The translations under genes were made by a program, and so were the position numbers. DNA of 64,000 nt from Mobula hypostoma (Eukaryota): positions 40,486,001 through 40,550,000 of the forward strand of contig NC_086104.1 of assembly GCF_963921235.1 (NCBI RefSeq), in the 5' to 3' direction. The notes beneath the pieces were generated by a model that did not search any database, was not told the DNA's origin, and was given only the letters and a program-made list of their open reading frames with translations. Positions 62,353 through 64,000 of this stretch are shown here, piece by piece. Numbering within the stretch: position 1 is the first letter of the stretch; the number at the start of each line of letters is the position of its first letter.

Positions 62353-63150
62353 CTATGAAAAGGACAGTTGAATTATTAACTCTTTCACTTAATTCGTTAT
62401 CTTACACAGCAACAACCTTATTTCCAATCTTTTTAAAAATATTAATGCAAGTTGAAAATTTATAATTTTAACCTGTAAACTACATGAAAAATATTTATCA
62501 ATAATTTTTATATTATTATATAATAATAACTTATTCAACTATTCTAAAAAAAAGGTCAACAATGTTAGTCCACTAACACTAGTCAAGTCTGTCATTTTCA
62601 GGGCTTTTACTCAATTAGCTACAATCAATGATGAAATATTATTTTCATAATCTTGGATTCCAGAGGAAGGAAGTCCAGAGGGCTGTCCTTGAAAGCTGCC
62701 TGTGAATGGAGCTCAAGGACATTATATAAATGCCACAAATTCAATTCAGTTGACACTGCTCACAAGGTTTTCCATAAAATTTAATGAATATTAAGATTTT
62801 GAGGAGGTGGAAAGGGAAAAGGTGGCTAGAGGAAGTGAAGAAACTACTGAAATAGATTCAACTGAGTAGGTGAAAATGAAGAGAACAAAAAGTGAAGTCA
62901 TTTTAAACAAATAAAGATATATATTTACTGTTTGGACAAATGGACAACTTGAACAAGAATGACTAAAACATTACTGTGAAACATCTAAAATCTCAATTAT
63001 TTAAATAAAGTTGAAAAGCGAGAATATTTTGATAAAATGCACTTATTTTAGAAACGTTATCCATGTTCCTAAAAGTTAACTATATTATATTGTGCAATCA
63101 CATTTTGTATCAGGAAGCTAGATCTTAAAATGACTGGCATTCATTCTTAC

Positions 63151-63231
63151 CTCCTCCACACTGTGCCCTTCCATCTCTACGACAGGGTTTGAATTGCTCC
63201 GTTCTCTCATCTTTTGAATAACTCCAAAAAG
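63151..63231 (-). CDS. UBR2: UBR2 coding exon (LFGVIQKMRERSNSNPVVEMEGHSVEE)
   Basis: ttctgaag acceptor, gtaag donor, 81 nt, phase 0/0; resembles UBR2 KKMRE...EGTIMEE. Confidence 0.85.
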
Positions 63232-64000
63232 CTTCAGAACAAAATTCATTAGAAGTTAAATTTTAATCACTAATGAATTATGTTATTACACTAATAAATT
63301 TACTTATGGATTTCATAAAGATGTGCAAGAAAACATGACCATCAGATTCAGCTTTGGAAGCTCAATAAACAGGCATGATTTATAAAATTTAAAAAGGATT
63401 TAGTTTTCCAGAGTATATAATACCATTCATGAATTAAATTAATCTTTTCATGCCAGTGTCACCAGCAATTTAACAGAAGTGATTTATGATGCTCAAGTCT
63501 GAAAGATGGTAAAATGAGCAGCTTCAAAGTCTTTGTAATATAATACTTCAGACACATGGTTTACAGCATCACTTGTTGGTGCGCAATTGGCAACATCATT
63601 AAAATCACTTATACAGCTCCAGTAAATATTCAGGGAAGATCTTCCAGTCACACTACGCCAATTTGATTACCTGGCAAAACTGATAAATACTGATAACAAA
63701 GTTACTGCAGTATGTAATTGTGAGACAGCAGAACAATGATCACCGGCTTCTTTCACAATTGCTGCTGTCAGCAGTATCAGGACAGAGCAAACAAGTTAAT
63801 ATGGGGCTATAAATCCACAGACACAGAGAAAACTTTCATCCTACCATCCTAGGTTAGATCTGAATCAAAACTTCCAAGGGTGAATGACCACTATCTAACC
63901 CATTGGCAGCAATATTTGAAATACCACTTTACTACTTCATAATGAATTGATTTTACATTATAAACAGCAGGGCAGAAACCGCATTTCAGGCAATAGTACA

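Larger units (their letters stand above)
5237..63231 (-). other. UBR2: UBR2 gene span (3' half, 20 coding exons; 5' part beyond right edge)
   Basis: 20 exons with canonical GT-AG sites join in phase to 2295 nt (764 aa + TGA). Translation matches the UBR2 C-terminal half: RKRKAEIARLRREKIMAQMSEMQRHF, RING-H2 CILC...CGHIMHAHC...CPLC, and the C-terminus [15 protein letters not shown], which distinguishes UBR2 from UBR1. Confidence 0.96.

Overview
Vertebrate genomic DNA. The repeat mix (CR1, V-SINEs, Penelope pseudo-LTRs, RTE, Rex-Babar, Tc1) suggests a cartilaginous fish, probably a ray; this is an inference. The window holds the 3' half of UBR2 (N-degron E3 ubiquitin ligase) on the minus strand. 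I traced 20 GT-AG exons from 63231 to the stop at 5237; they join in phase to 764 codons plus stop, and the 5' part of the gene lies beyond the right edge. Introns are packed with nested mobile elements. Main findings: (1) a complete HDV-like (delta) ribozyme fold at the 5' end of a 567-bp TSD-flanked RTE-type non-autonomous retroelement (14770-14954), with an extra hairpin in loop L3; (2) Penelope-type minimal hammerhead ribozymes, with one intact copy at 3642-3677, while copies in the UBR2 sense orientation are disabled; (3) a deleted endogenous retrovirus-like provirus with a splice acceptor after pol and a non-env 3' region; (4) a 35 x 48-bp minisatellite expanded in frame from a LINE endonuclease N-terminus; (5) an inverted pair of very similar RTE copies bracketing the in-frame three-exon RING cassette of UBR2. 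Repeat boundaries without a TSD are approximate, and all family names are by eye, not by database search.
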